From Octopus bimaculoides (taxonomy: Eukaryota), in assembly GCF_001194135.2 (NCBI RefSeq), contig NC_068993.1, positions 44,538,176 to 44,602,175 on the forward strand: a stretch of 64,000 bases of DNA, written 5' to 3'. The translations under genes were made by a program, and so were the position numbers. Position 1 is the stretch's first letter; every line of letters begins with the position of its first letter. Below are positions 12,222-25,900 of this stretch, one piece after another. The notes beneath the pieces are model-generated. The model saw only the letters and a program-made list of their open reading frames with translations. It searched no databases and had not been told where the DNA came from.

Positions 12222-15200
12222 GTAGGTCGGACATGTTTGTTGTTATTTCACCAATTTTTTTTGTTTGTTTTTACATTGTTCTATCAACCCCTTAATCGGA
12301 TCTGTTATGAAAAGAACTGCCCATTTTGTATATTTTGGATTACATTGTCTAGTGTATCTTTGCTTTTTTTTTTAAGACAATACAGTTTGATTTGAAGAGA
12401 TATTTGGCTGTTAGTGGCCATTCTCAAATTACTCAGTCCAATTCTCTTTACATAGGTACCCTAGGATAGAAACAGCATAGCATTGTAATATTGGTTTGCT
12501 GTTAGTGTTAAGAAGGGCATCCAGCTGTAGAAATCATGTCAAAATTTACAGTGGTGTTTGGCACAATTCTCTGGCTCACCAACTCCTGTCCAATCCCTGC
12601 CAGCATGGAAAATGGATGTTAAATGGTGCTGATGATGATACTCTGAATTAAATTATAATCACAGGGAAAATTAGCTGCAATAGACTGATGTGATAACTGG
12701 TATTTTATCCCAGAGAATATTTGTCTCTTATCTGTTTGATACATAGATACAGAAATACTTTTGCAATAGACTGTAGTGGTCTATGAAAAGACATAAAAAA
12801 GAAATCAGTTTGGAAGGTGTGGTGATCAGTTCAATGTTTTGGTTGTGGGGAAGTTTCTGAAGAACATGAGTTTGGGGAAGATTAGTTAAGATATTTAATA
12901 CAGTATCTGTATAGTGGAAGAGATGAAGGTGCATTGAGGTGTTGTGCTTTATCTCTAAGGTCAGCTCTGATCAAGCAGACCTTAGATTTTCCATATTTGA
13001 CCACCTCAGTTTGTTTTCAAACAACATGTATCTTGGATAGCATTGTTTAATAGTAAACCAAACATGCTACCTAGTTTAATATCCTTTGCCTGGTCTTTGG
13101 ATGCTTTTAGTAGAGTTCACTTTGTTCCAAGCATTCAGACCCCTACAATGTTTTTCCTTCAAACATTACCCTAGAGATAGCGAAGCTGGGCAACCAGCTT
13201 CATTATTAACCTCATTGATTTCAGAAGGTCTGAAAAGATCAGGAACACTATCCCCTCCTCCTCCAAACTTATCTTTTATCTCTTCTCTTCTTCCTTTTAC
13301 TGGTCTCAGTCATTGGACTGCAGCCATGCTGGAACACCATCTTGAAAGGCTTTAGTCAAATAAAATGAACCCAATATTATTTTTTAAATCTGGTACTTAT
13401 TCTGTCAGCCTCTTTTGCCAAACTGCTTAGTTGCAGCGATGTAAACAAACCAATACTGGTTTTCAAGCTGTGGTTGGGGGTGGGGACATGAACACAGAAA
13501 TGTGCATGTGTGTGTGCATGCACACACACACACACACACACAATGGGCTTCCACAGAGTTTCCATCTACCAAATTCACTCACAAAGCACTGGTCAATCCA
13601 GGGCTACAGTAGAAGACACTTGCCCAAGGTGCCGCTCATTGGGACTGAACCCAAAACCAGGTGGTTGCAAGGCAAACTTCTTAACCATACAGTCATGCCT
13701 AAATAAAAATAAGATAGAACAATTTCTCTCTTAAATCATTATTTCTGAAATATTTCCTTTTTCTCTTCCTAGGTACATTTGTGGGCCCACAGTCTATGAC
13801 AGTGCACATTTGGGACATGCCAGTACATATATCCAGTTTGACATCATCCGTCGTATTTTGACAAAGATATTTGGAATCCATGTGATCCGAGTTATGAGTA
13901 TCACTGATGTTGATGACAAAATCATAGACAGAGCTAACAAAGTAAGTCTGTGCCGCCAACTGTTTCAATTTTATCACACAACTTTCCATTTTTTTTTGTT
14001 TTTGTGTGTGTGAGACAGAGAGAGAGAGTGCCACTTACACATAAATGCAAAAAAATACATAACAACTCATACCTTTACTCACTCACTGACTCTCTCTCTC
14101 TCCCCACACAAAAATGAAATGCATCAGTTACCCAATTAGAGTTTTAGTGGGAAAACTTGCAAAGGAAAAGTGATGTTTTTTTTTCTAAAACACTCAATAC
14201 CATTTGAAATCTATTCTGCAATCTGGGATTAATATATCCAGTGATTTTAAGAGGTATAAAAAAGATATTTTGCTTTATACTTTTACTTGTTTCACACACA
14301 CACTAACACTAACAATTTTTTAGAAGAATTTTGTATCATTCTTTATCTCTCCTGACCAGACATCGTTACCACTAATTTCTATAACCATGTGCATTTTCAC
14401 TTATTCTTTTCAAGCTTGTTTGAATTTTCAGTCTAATGTAATCCACTCTTGAAAACGTATTTCTGCAAAATGTTATCTAAAACTATGGGTAAAGAAAAGG
14501 GGCTAATGCAGTTTTGCCCCTCACTTTCAAAGATGCATTTTTTTGAAAAAATTTCTTTGGATTCCTAGGTTTTATTTAGATGTTGNNNNNNNNNNNNNNN
14601 NNNNNNNNNNNNNNNNNNNNNNNNNNNNNNNNNNNNNNNNNNNNNNNNNNNNNNNNNNNNNNNNNNNNNNNNNNNNNNNNNNNNNNNNNNNNNNNNNNNN
14701 NNNNNNNNNNNNNNNNNNNNNNNNNNNNNNNNNNNNNNNNNNNNNNNNNNNNNNNNNNNNNNNNNNNNNNNNNNNNNNNNNNNNNNNNNNNNNNNNNNNN
14801 NNNNNNNNNNNNNNNNNNNNNNNNNNNNNNNNNNNNNNNNNNNNNNNNNNNNNNNNNNNNNNNNNNNNNNNNNNNNNNNNNNNNNNNNNNNNNNNNNNNN
14901 NNNNNNNNNNNNNNNNNNNNNNNNNNNNNNNNNAAAAGTGTTTTTTGGCATAATAGGAGCTCACCATAACTCATTCAACGAAAAAAATATCCAATCATTC
15001 CGGAGTGGGGGGGGGGCTGTTCCCCCTCCCCACCTTTTTCCGAACCAGAATAAGTGGTTTGCAGTATATTAGGAGGTCAGGGTAGTTGATTCCACATGAA
15101 AAATCCAAGGTTTATTTGTTTTTGAGTGAAACTCATAGGAGTGTGATTGTAAAAATTTACCAAAAGCTTTAATATACTTCCAAAATGGGACTTCATCCAT

Positions 15201-18200
15201 GTGCATCCACGTGTGTGTGTGGGGGGGGGGGGTGCAGTTACTGCACAAGGAAAACATTTATGGAAATGTACTCATAAAAATTTTATTAAAATGTTATCTT
15301 TATATGCCATGTTTGCAATTCTCCATAGAAATGATAGCAAAATGTGTCTCAAATCCAGACTCAGTGACAGATTGATCAAGTTAGTAATGTTTTAACACTT
15401 TTAGTAACAACATATCCTCTCTATAGCCCCATATATGGGCTAGGGCCAAAATTTGATACCACAGCCCCCTAGAACCTTCCCCAAGTAATGAGAAACCTTC
15501 ATGCCAAATTTGGTACATATTGATCTAGTGGTTTGACCATGCGTAGAGGAGACGCACAGTCAGTGAATTTTATACATATGTAGATATAAACATACACACA
15601 CACACACATACATATATATCGCATACACATAAAGAATTTATGTTAATTTACACTAGTAGATACACATACACAAACATGCACACACATATGCACGTGTATG
15701 TGTATATACTGGTGTAAATTAACGTAAATTCTTTACATTATTAATGTGTAAGAGATAAGGAAGTTCTCTGAAAAAGTGAATTTAGTTCAATATAAACTCA
15801 CCTATTCAGCAAACAGAGGTCACTGAAATGAGTATCTGGTTAAGTACTGGAGTTGATATGAGGTGGAGGTTAACTCAAATATTCTTTTTCTAAACAAAAG
15901 CTAAAAAATGGTGCCACTCTAGCATGTGCTCTACTTGACTATTTACACTTTAGTTTCCTGAATAACCCTAACCCAGGTCAGGTCATTTTGCAGCATTTAT
16001 GTAGATACTTCAGTGGACTGCATGCTAAAGTAGCACCAAAAGGATTGTTAGCAATGTCAAAACTAATTGAAATTCACTTTTCTGTTGTACTTTAATTAGC
16101 TGGGAACTGAGATCAGTGAAGTGTCTAAGAAGTTTGAGTATGAATTTTTCCACGATATGGCCTTGCTGAATGTCTTACCACCAACGTATCCAGCACGAGT
16201 CACCGACCACATGGACAGCATTATAAACTGCATTCAAACTATCCTACAGAAAGGTTTTGCTTACAAGACCCCTGGTGGTAAAGGACCTTCATGAAGTTAA
16301 TCTGTTAATTTAAATTGAATATTTGTCTGTATTGTTTGAGAAAAAAAAATTATGAGTTTTTGTGAGTAATTGTTGGTCATTTAACACTAGGTCAGCTGTG
16401 CTTAGGCAGACCTATGGACAAAAGCATTCAAGGCATGATCATTATTTTCTTTGTGGTACATGTAGCCTTGTTTTTCTTTGATTCATTCATCACTGATCCA
16501 TAGTACGTTCCATTGTGAACCATATTATGCTTATCACAGATTGACCTGTGATAACATGGGTTGGCAAGCAATTAAAGATTTTGCTTGTACCACAGAAATA
16601 TGTCTTGGCAACCACCCATAATGTTCAGCTCCCGAGAATGCTCTGACAATAGCTTGGGTTTACTTGACCATACTACAAAGCTGTGTAATTTTTATACAGA
16701 TTTACTTGTATCCATCAAGATGGGACCAGCAAACAGAAAAAAGTACAAAGGCATTTGATCCTAACAAATAGTGCAGACAAGTTTATTCTCTGCAGGAAAA
16801 GGTAGAAAGGATCAAGAAAATACTTTACTGTGGGTTACAAGTTTTTACTGTTCACTGTATATTGGTCTCTAGATATGAACATCATCATTGTTTAATGTCC
16901 ACTTTTCCATGCTTGTATATGGCATTGGGGTTGATGCATTCAGCTTATCCCCACCCCAAAAAAACCCGCCAGCCTTGTACCAAAATTTGAAACCAATATT
17001 TTGATCAGTTGTAGGGGTAGGGAATTCGTTTTTAACTTCAGAGGAGTTGTTGTTCTTTGCAGAACGATGAGCTTTGTTTTAAAAAATCTAGGAAATGCTT
17101 GTCAGTTATTCTTTGCTTCTACTGTTGCTTAGAGTGGTAAGCCTCCTTTTTTTCCTCATGATATCTATTTATATTTTGATCAATTAAGCCAGTTAAAGGT
17201 ACTAGTTATGAGTACATAAGTGCCAATGATGGGTTGTGAAACACCAGCCTTTTGGTTAGTTGTTTGATTGATTCTCTGTGAACTTAATCTTTTTTTTTTT
17301 TTTATGAATTTCTTCATAGGAGCTGTTTCTCTCAATGAAAACTGCAATAAATTACCTTTCAGTGATGTATTACATTAATTATGATACAACATTGATGGCT
17401 GTTTTAATTCAATACTACTTCTATTGAATGTAACATGTATATAAATACACATGCACATGTATAATTATTATATTTTGTTTCCAGGAAGCGTTTACTTTAA
17501 TGTTGAAGCATATCCAGACTATGGTCAGCTGCGCCAGAAACAGGAAATATTTGAAGAATCAAGTTAGTATTTTGGAAATTCTTTTTAGGGTTCTGGTCAA
17601 CATGTTAAGTTGAAGGTTGATAAAATGAATACCTATGCTTGTAAAAAGACTAAAGGAGTAAAAAAACAAATCAAATATACCACTCTCAAACTACTTGTCT
17701 TATTTCTTGAAATTCTTCCAACTAAAACAGTTCCAAATTTCATGCTTCCACACTCTGTTGGAGTAGAGTGGTTAGGCTTAAAAAGAGGATTCACTGTCTA
17801 GGAACCCAGGGTTTCTGTGTATAATGTCAAGAGCCCCTGTCAAATCAGTGATTGATAACTTTTATCATTTACTTGCTTCAGTCATAAGACTGAGGCCATG
17901 CTGGGGCCTTGAAGGGTTTGGTCAAGCAAATCAACTCCAGTCCTTACATTAAGCCTGGTACTTATTCTATCACTCTCTTTTGCTGAACTTATATTTTAGT
18001 CAGGCACTGATTCTATCAGTCTCTATTGTCAAACTACTAAGTTACAGGGACATAAACAAACCAACGCCAGTTGCCAAGCAGTAGAGGGGACAAACACACA
18101 TGTATATATCATAAATTGGCAAATCTACAAAAAAGCACCTTGAATATAAGACATTTCGTTTTCTGTAATTTCTTTCCAGCTCATGAAGGCAAACATAGCT

Positions 18201-20965
18201 CACTGGATTTTGCTCTATGGAAAGCCACGAAACAGGGGCCTTCCTGGGAGTCTCCTTGGGGTAAGGGCCGACCAGGATGGCATATTGAATGTTCTGCCAT
18301 GGCAAGGTCAGTGAGTTTTTGATGTGTGCATGTATGGATTTTTTTCATATTATTATCATGATTATTAGTTCTTGTAGTACATTAGGAGAAAGTTGGTGCA
18401 GGTATGGCTGTGTGATGAAGAAGTTTGCTTCCCAACCCCATGGTTTCAGGTTGAGTCCCACAGCATGACACCTTGCTAGCTACTATACACCAAGCTGACC
18501 AAAGCTTTGTAAGGAGAATTAGTAGAAGGACTGAAAGAAGCCCATCGTGTTTGTACATGTATGTTTGTGTCTCTTTGTCTTCACATTGAGTAATAGTTGT
18601 AAATGAGTGTCACTGTCATACAAGCAGTATCATTCATTTCCAACATAATAAGGCAAGGTGGCCACAATTAGAACACTTTTGATCTTCGTCTACTTAATCA
18701 AGAGTCAGCCTTTGGTTAGACAATATCATTGTCATCATCCATTGCTGAACATTACTGTCTCAAGTCCTAGAACTCATGGGACCAGTTATCCAGTCTCCAC
18801 GGTGTAGAAGTGATCAGAACATTCCCATCGAACAGGACACCAGTCCATTGCAAGGTTACTCGTTTACAGCTGAGTGGACTGGAACAATATAAAAGTAAGT
18901 GTTTTGCCTAAGAACACAACATACCACTTGGTTCACAAATTAAAACTACTATCTTGCAGTTGCGAGTGCAACACCCTAACCCCCAGATCATGCACCTTCA
19001 CGCTAAACAATATGACAGCTGTCAAATGTTCATGCTCTTTATGTAAAAAATCCTACTATTTATTGCATTGTTTAATTTCAGCAAAATCTTTGGTTCCAAC
19101 TTTGATTTGCACTCTGGAGGAGAAGACCTTATTTTTCCACACCATGAAAATGAGCTTGCTCAGTCCCAGACATATCATGGATGCAAACAATGGTGCAATT
19201 ATTGGCTTCACACAGGTAAGAAATACATGAATGTGGCATTCCTATTGTAGTAAGACCTGATAAATTTTTTTTTTTACTGGAGCGCAAGTTAGTTGTTTGG
19301 GACAGACGCTGACCAGTTAAGCTGACGTTGCACAAATTCAAACAACTTCCGCTCAAGTTGAAAATGCACCTAAAAACAGTAAGCTGGGTTAGTTGCTGTG
19401 AAAACGTTGAACTGTTAACAATGTACTTTCAAGCTGCTCATTCTGTCAGCCTCATCTAAAACATGGAAAGTTACTTATTCACTTTCCTAGTCATTATGAC
19501 TACTGGGTGAAGTTTTCTTTAGCAACTCTGAATCCTTGTGCCCATTTGTTCACTTGACATTCATTTCTTTTAAGCAGTTATGAGGCTTATTATATCCTGT
19601 TTGCTGAAATTAGCTTCTCCAGCAAGATTAGTATCTGCACTATGACATTTGTCCAGTTTTGTCCAATGGAATTGTTATCAGCTTCAGTCTAGAGACTTGG
19701 TAGATAGTAGTAAGTGAAACTGAAATCATTCATGTCATACAACGTTATTCCTACCAGATTGTATGTCTACATTATGATGTTTTGCAGTCACAAACATTTG
19801 TTCAGCGTTTTTGGAAACCTGTAATAAAATTGTTTCATTTTGAACACAAATACAATTTCATTGCCGTCTGATTCTTTCTGTGTAGCATCGTTAAACATCT
19901 ATCTAACATTTCTTGCTAAACTATCACTGTATTTACCTCACCAAGTTATCTCTGCCACCACAGTATGCTACCCAGGATTGAAACAGACAAAAAAATCATA
20001 AACGTTTCTTAACCCTTGCATTACCATATTTCTGTTGAAATACATTGCCTTCGTTTTAATTAATTTGCAAAGTAATAATGAATTTAGTAAGGTGTGACTG
20101 TGTAGTTAAGAAGCTTCCTTCCCAATCATGTGGTCTTAGGTTCAATCCCACTGTGTAGTACCTTGGGCAAGTGTCTTCTGTCTCAGTACCCTTGTACTTA
20201 ATTTTTAAGTCTGATACTTCTTTTTTTTTTTTTAGCTGAGCTGGTAAGTCGTAGGGACATTAACAAACCAACTCCAGTTGTCAAGCAATTATTGGAGCAC
20301 GAAGACACACACATATATGCATGATAGGCTTCCACGCAGTTTCTATCTACCAAATTCACTCACAAGGCATTGGTCAGCCCTGGGCTATAAGAAGACACTT
20401 GCCCAAGGTCATTACAGTGGGACTGAACCTGAAACCATGTGGTTGCAAAATGAGCTCCTTAACAACACAGCCATGTCTGTCCCTATTGATGCTGATGAGA
20501 AGTAACAGCAGTGGATATTTTGGTGAACATGATGCCAGTCATAAAGTGATTTTGTTAAAGACAATGTTGGTGATGATGATTATGAATTTTGTTATGATTT
20601 TTCTTTTGTTTATTTGAGTTTCTTAAAGGTTTTATTACTTAATAGATGATTTATTTTTATCTTTCCTTTAGGTCATCTCCATATTAAAGACCAAGAGAAA
20701 ATGTCAAAATCTCTAAAGAATGTTGTATTGATATCAGATCTTCTAAAGACCTACACAGCTAACCAGTTCCGTTTCTTCTGCATGCTTACTCATTATCGCA
20801 GAAGTAAGTTTTCAAATCTCTTATGTTGCCATCATTATCATAATTTTTCCCCTCCATACATTCTCCATTCCTAATGAATTGATTACCTACATATTTCACT
20901 TAATTTTCTATGCAACCAAGATTGTGGAAATGGTTTGATAAAATATCTATAACTTAATGTATGTG

Positions 20966-21007
<42 letters not shown>

Positions 21008-21020
21008 CACATACATTAAG

Positions 21021-21060
<40 letters not shown>

Positions 21061-22942
21061 TTATAGATTTATACCAAAATTTGGTAAAAATATTGTATCT
21101 GTTATCAAACGTAGCAAAATTCTCACATGTGAGTTTTTGTATGTATATCGATTTAAATAAGGGCTAAAAGATGATCCATTGTAAAAACTTTATTATGACT
21201 TATGATCATTTCGATGCAATATCCAGATCAATTCATGCATATTATAAAATATGGAATATTATATCTCTTCAGGGTCAGATTAATTCATAGCAGACAGTAA
21301 AAAGAAAAATATATATATATATTATTAGTGTTGACCGTCTGGCATCTCGATATTTATGTTGTAATGAAATTTTGATGAAAATTTTAACATATAATTACGA
21401 ACACCTTCAGGTTATTAAATGGCTTCATATTTCAGCCGAATTTCACTCAGTAAGTTCGCCAGCATCTAAAAAATATGAATCACATATTTTGCCCAAGGTC
21501 ATCACAGTGGGACTGAACCTGAAACCATGTGGTTGCAAAGTGGGCTCCTTAACAACACAGCCATGTCTGTCCCTATTGATGCTGATGATAAGTAACAGCA
21601 GTGGATATTTTGGTGAACATGATGCCAGTCATAATGTGATTTTGTAAAAGACAATGTTGGTGATGATGATTACGAGAATTACAAGTGTCATTTTGGTAAA
21701 CTAAAACAGAGTTATGTCCCTTCTCCATGGGCACTAACTAGAGATTGTTTGAGCCAATGACTAGCTAGTCATTCTCAGCTTACCAGAAATAGGAACCAAA
21801 TTTCTCTCAAATCATACATTTCCTTCTTAAAACAAGGACACTTGAGTTAATGTACTTCTAGATACGCTGTGTATATGGAAAGCATTTATTAAGAGATCTG
21901 CTCAATGGTGAGGGTGGTGAAAGAAAAGAATTAAATACTATTTGTTTAAAACTTAATGTAATGATTGCTTTGGGTTAAAACCTAAGCTGTAGTAATCAAA
22001 CTGTTATTTCAAATCTCTTTATACTCTTTACTGGCCTAATACTCTTGTCATATTTTCTCTGAACCTGTATAAACAACATGAAGCATGTCGAAATTAATGA
22101 CTTAACAAACGCTGAGAAATTCAGTTTATACTACATGAGAATGACATAATCTGTTATGTGAAATTACTTAGTCTTTCTGAGATGAACAGAGTCTATATAG
22201 AGAAATGATGAACTTTTTATGGAGAAACATAGTTGATGTCTGCATGTAAAAGCTGTAAAAAAAAAAAGTGTCATATAATTCCAGGAATTGCTTACCATAA
22301 GGAATCAATTGAGAAAGCATCAAAACTTCTCACCCAGATTGAATCCTACCTGCAGAACTCTTCAGCTTATATCCTGGGACAGAAGAACTGTAGAAATATC
22401 AGTGAGTCAGAAATACTATCAAAGTAGGTATATTTGTATGTAATACACACATACACTTGCATGTATGCACACATACACACACTCCTAAGTACCCACATAT
22501 ACACATAGATGTACACTTGTCATATATACCTGCACACATACTCACATGAATGTATTCTCATAAACATTTGAAATGACCTTATAGTTTAGATCATATAGAC
22601 TCAGACTTCTATGATAGAAGGCAGGGCATCCAGTTGTAAAAACAATTACTCTGACAGGAAAAGCTACCCCACTTGTGCAAGTCCAGAGGTAAAATACAGC
22701 ATTTATGAAAAAGTATGTATGTATACTTGTACACAAATTTGTGAGTTTGCAGATATAAGCACAAGCATGGTTGTGTGGTTAAGAAGCTTACTTTGCAACC
22801 ACATGGTTTCAGGTTCGGTCCCACTGTGCAGCACCTTGGGTAGGTGTCTCCTATTATAGCCAGCCACAGGCCAACTATTGCTTTGTGTCCGAATTTGGTA
22901 GATGGAAACTGTGTGGAAGCCTTATATATATATATATATGTA

Positions 22943-22982
<40 letters not shown>

Positions 22983-25900
22983 CCTTCTAGCACTTGTTCT
23001 AGTGGCATGTTAGAAAATCATTTGAGCGAAGTCGTTGCCAGTGCCGCTGGACTGGCTCCTGTGCAGGTGGCATGTAAAAAACACCTTTTTGAGCATGGCC
23101 GTTGCCAGTACCGTGTGACTGGCCCTCATGCCGGTGACACATAAAAGCACTCACAACACTCTCGGAGTGGTTGGCGTTAGGAAGGGCATCCAGCTGTAGA
23201 AACTCTGCCAGATCAGATTGGAGCCTGGTGCAGCCTTCTGGCTTGCCAGTCAAATCGTCCAACCCATGCTAGCATGGAAAGCAGACGTTAAACAATGATG
23301 ATGATGATATATATGTAATGTATATATGCATGTGTTTGCATTTCTGCCACCTACCATCAACATTTGACAATCAGTGTTGGTTTGTTTAAGTTCCTGTAAC
23401 TTCGTGGCTCAGCAAAAGAAACTGATAGAATAACTACTATACTTAAAAAATAAGTACTGAGGCTGGTTTGTTCAACAAAACCTTTCAAGGTAGTGCCCAA
23501 GCATGGCTGCAGTCCAATGACTGGAACGAGTAAAAGATAAATCAAAACTAGCAGAATTATAGAATAATGTATCTTCCCTTTCTGCACATCACTATGTCCT
23601 GTTGTAAGATTTGAACCCAACCTCTGTACCATTGAATTTTTAAAATTTTATTTTATTTAATGTATATATGGATATTAGGAAAGGCATCTAGTGGTAGGAA
23701 CCCTGCCAAAACAGGTATGGAGCCTGAACAGCCATTCAACTTGTCAGCTCCTGTCAAACTGTCCAACCAGCATGGAAAACAGACATTAAATAATATGATG
23801 ATGAGATGCAGGCATGGCAGTTTGATCATGAAGTTAGCCTCACAACCATGTGGTTTTGAGTTCAATCCCACTGCGGAGCATTCATTGGGTTGACCAATGT
23901 CTTCTGTGTAGAATGTCATAGATGTAAACTATACAGGAGCCCATTCTGTGTGTGTGTGCGTGTGTTTATGTAGATTTGATAAAATAAGCACTGGTTATTG
24001 TTATGAATAAGTAAACTCTTGGAGGAAGAGCCACAGTATGTCCATAGTCCCCAAAACCTACTAACTTAAGCCCTTCTCTCCCTATAGAACATAGACCATC
24101 AATGGCTTTTTTTTCCCCACTGTTCATGGCTCAGGGCTATCTTTCCTCTTTTTAGTTTTGAATTGTCAGCTGTCCTTCTGTAACTTCTACATTGGTCTGT
24201 TGACCCTATGCAAACTCCTTTTTACCTCTGACCTCCTTCCACTGTTCTTGACTCTGGGCTGTCTTTTCTGCTTTTCTCCTGTTAGACCCCTACTTCTTCA
24301 CCTGCAACTATTTTCCTTTGGGGTTTTGCTGCATCATGTCATAAATGTCCCTGGGGGAAGGCCTCCTCTCCCAGTTCTTATTGGTTTTGAATTGTTATTG
24401 ATGCTTCTATAATTTTGCATTTTTCTAGATGGAAGTGTTAGTCCTATGTAAATCAATTTAAGGTGATCCATTTTAGTCTGACCTCTCCCCTTTGACCTGT
24501 TGAACATGGAAGATCCTACCAATGTGCTTGCACTCTGCTGGCATAGCTCTTAGGGTCACTGTGGCACACAAGCCATCACGCCACAAGAACTGGACCTTGT
24601 GGTGAAACATGTAGCATGACTGACAACAGTAAAACAATAGAAGACTACTGTGCCAAGATCTAGATTCAGTGACAGAATCATGTACTGTAACTAAAGAAAA
24701 CAGGTTGTACCTATGCACTTGCTTGACCTGCAAGAAAAAGCAGCCAAAATTCCTTCAAATCACATCCTGCTGTCTTAAATGATAATTTAGACAATGCAAT
24801 CCTTGATATACAAAAAATACAGGATGACTACAGTGGACATCTGTGATCAGAGAACTGCTCAATCAAGATTGACCTTAAGAACACCGTCCCCAACAACAAC
24901 AACAGCAATAACCATATACAAATGATTACTTCCACCACTACTGCACTACATAGCAATATTAAGCTTCTCCATACAAACACAGAATCCTAATTATCAGGCT
25001 TTGTGGGGTTTTTTCTCCTCTTTTAGGCTGGATCAATTACAGACGTCAGTGGGAGAAGCTTTGTGTGACGACTTTGATTTACCCAGGACGATAGCAAGCA
25101 TCATTTCATTTGTGCAATTCATGAACAATGAACTTACTCCAACACAGGTAAAATATCAATGAAGTGTTAGTCATAGTAACAGTATTATTTTACTTATTAT
25201 TGTCATAGTGGAGACGCAATGGCCCAGTGGTTAGGGCAGCGGACTCGCGGTCATAGGATCGCGGTTTCGATTCCCAGACCGGGTGTTGTGAGTGTTTATT
25301 GAGTGAAAACACCTAAAAGCTCCACGAGGCTCTGGCAAGGGATGGTGGTGAACCCTGCTGTACTCTTTCCCCACAACTTTCTCTTACTTCCTATTTCTGT
25401 TGTGCCTGTAATTCAAAGGGTCAGCCTTGTCACACTGTGTCATGCTGAATATCCCCGAGAACTGTGTTAAGGGTGCGCATGTCTGTGGAGTGCTCAGCCA
25501 CTTGAACGTTAATTTCACGAGCAGGCTGTTCCGTTGATCAGATCAACTGGAACCCTCAACGTCGTAAGCGACGGAGTGCCAACAACAATTATTGTCATGC
25601 AGCTTTTTATCTCCAAAAAAGGAGAATAAATACCACAAAGTAATTTTGTTTTCAGACACACCAGTTTATCAGTTTTTAACATTGATGTTTACATCTTTCA
25701 CTTATACACATCAGTGGAATATATATTCATTCAGTTTTACGTCCATTTTTCCAAGTAAGTGGAGGTTCATGGTCTAGTAGTCGGGGTATTGCACTCGCAA
25801 TCATAAGATTTCCAGTTTGGTCTCCAGACTGGACTGTGCAATGTGTTCTTGAGCAAAACACTCCATTTCATGTTGCTCTGATTCAGTCAGCTGTAGAAGA

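Noticed and set aside
14543-14974. Long ORFs spanning N-runs (also at 33.5-34.2, 40.0-40.6, 43.1-44.1 and 46.3-46.9 kb)
   Set aside because: Open only because gaps translate as X.
25208-25280. tRNA-like sequences with A and B boxes
   Set aside because: They are heads of TSD-flanked SINEs continuing into non-tRNA bodies; no complete cloverleaf gene is evident.
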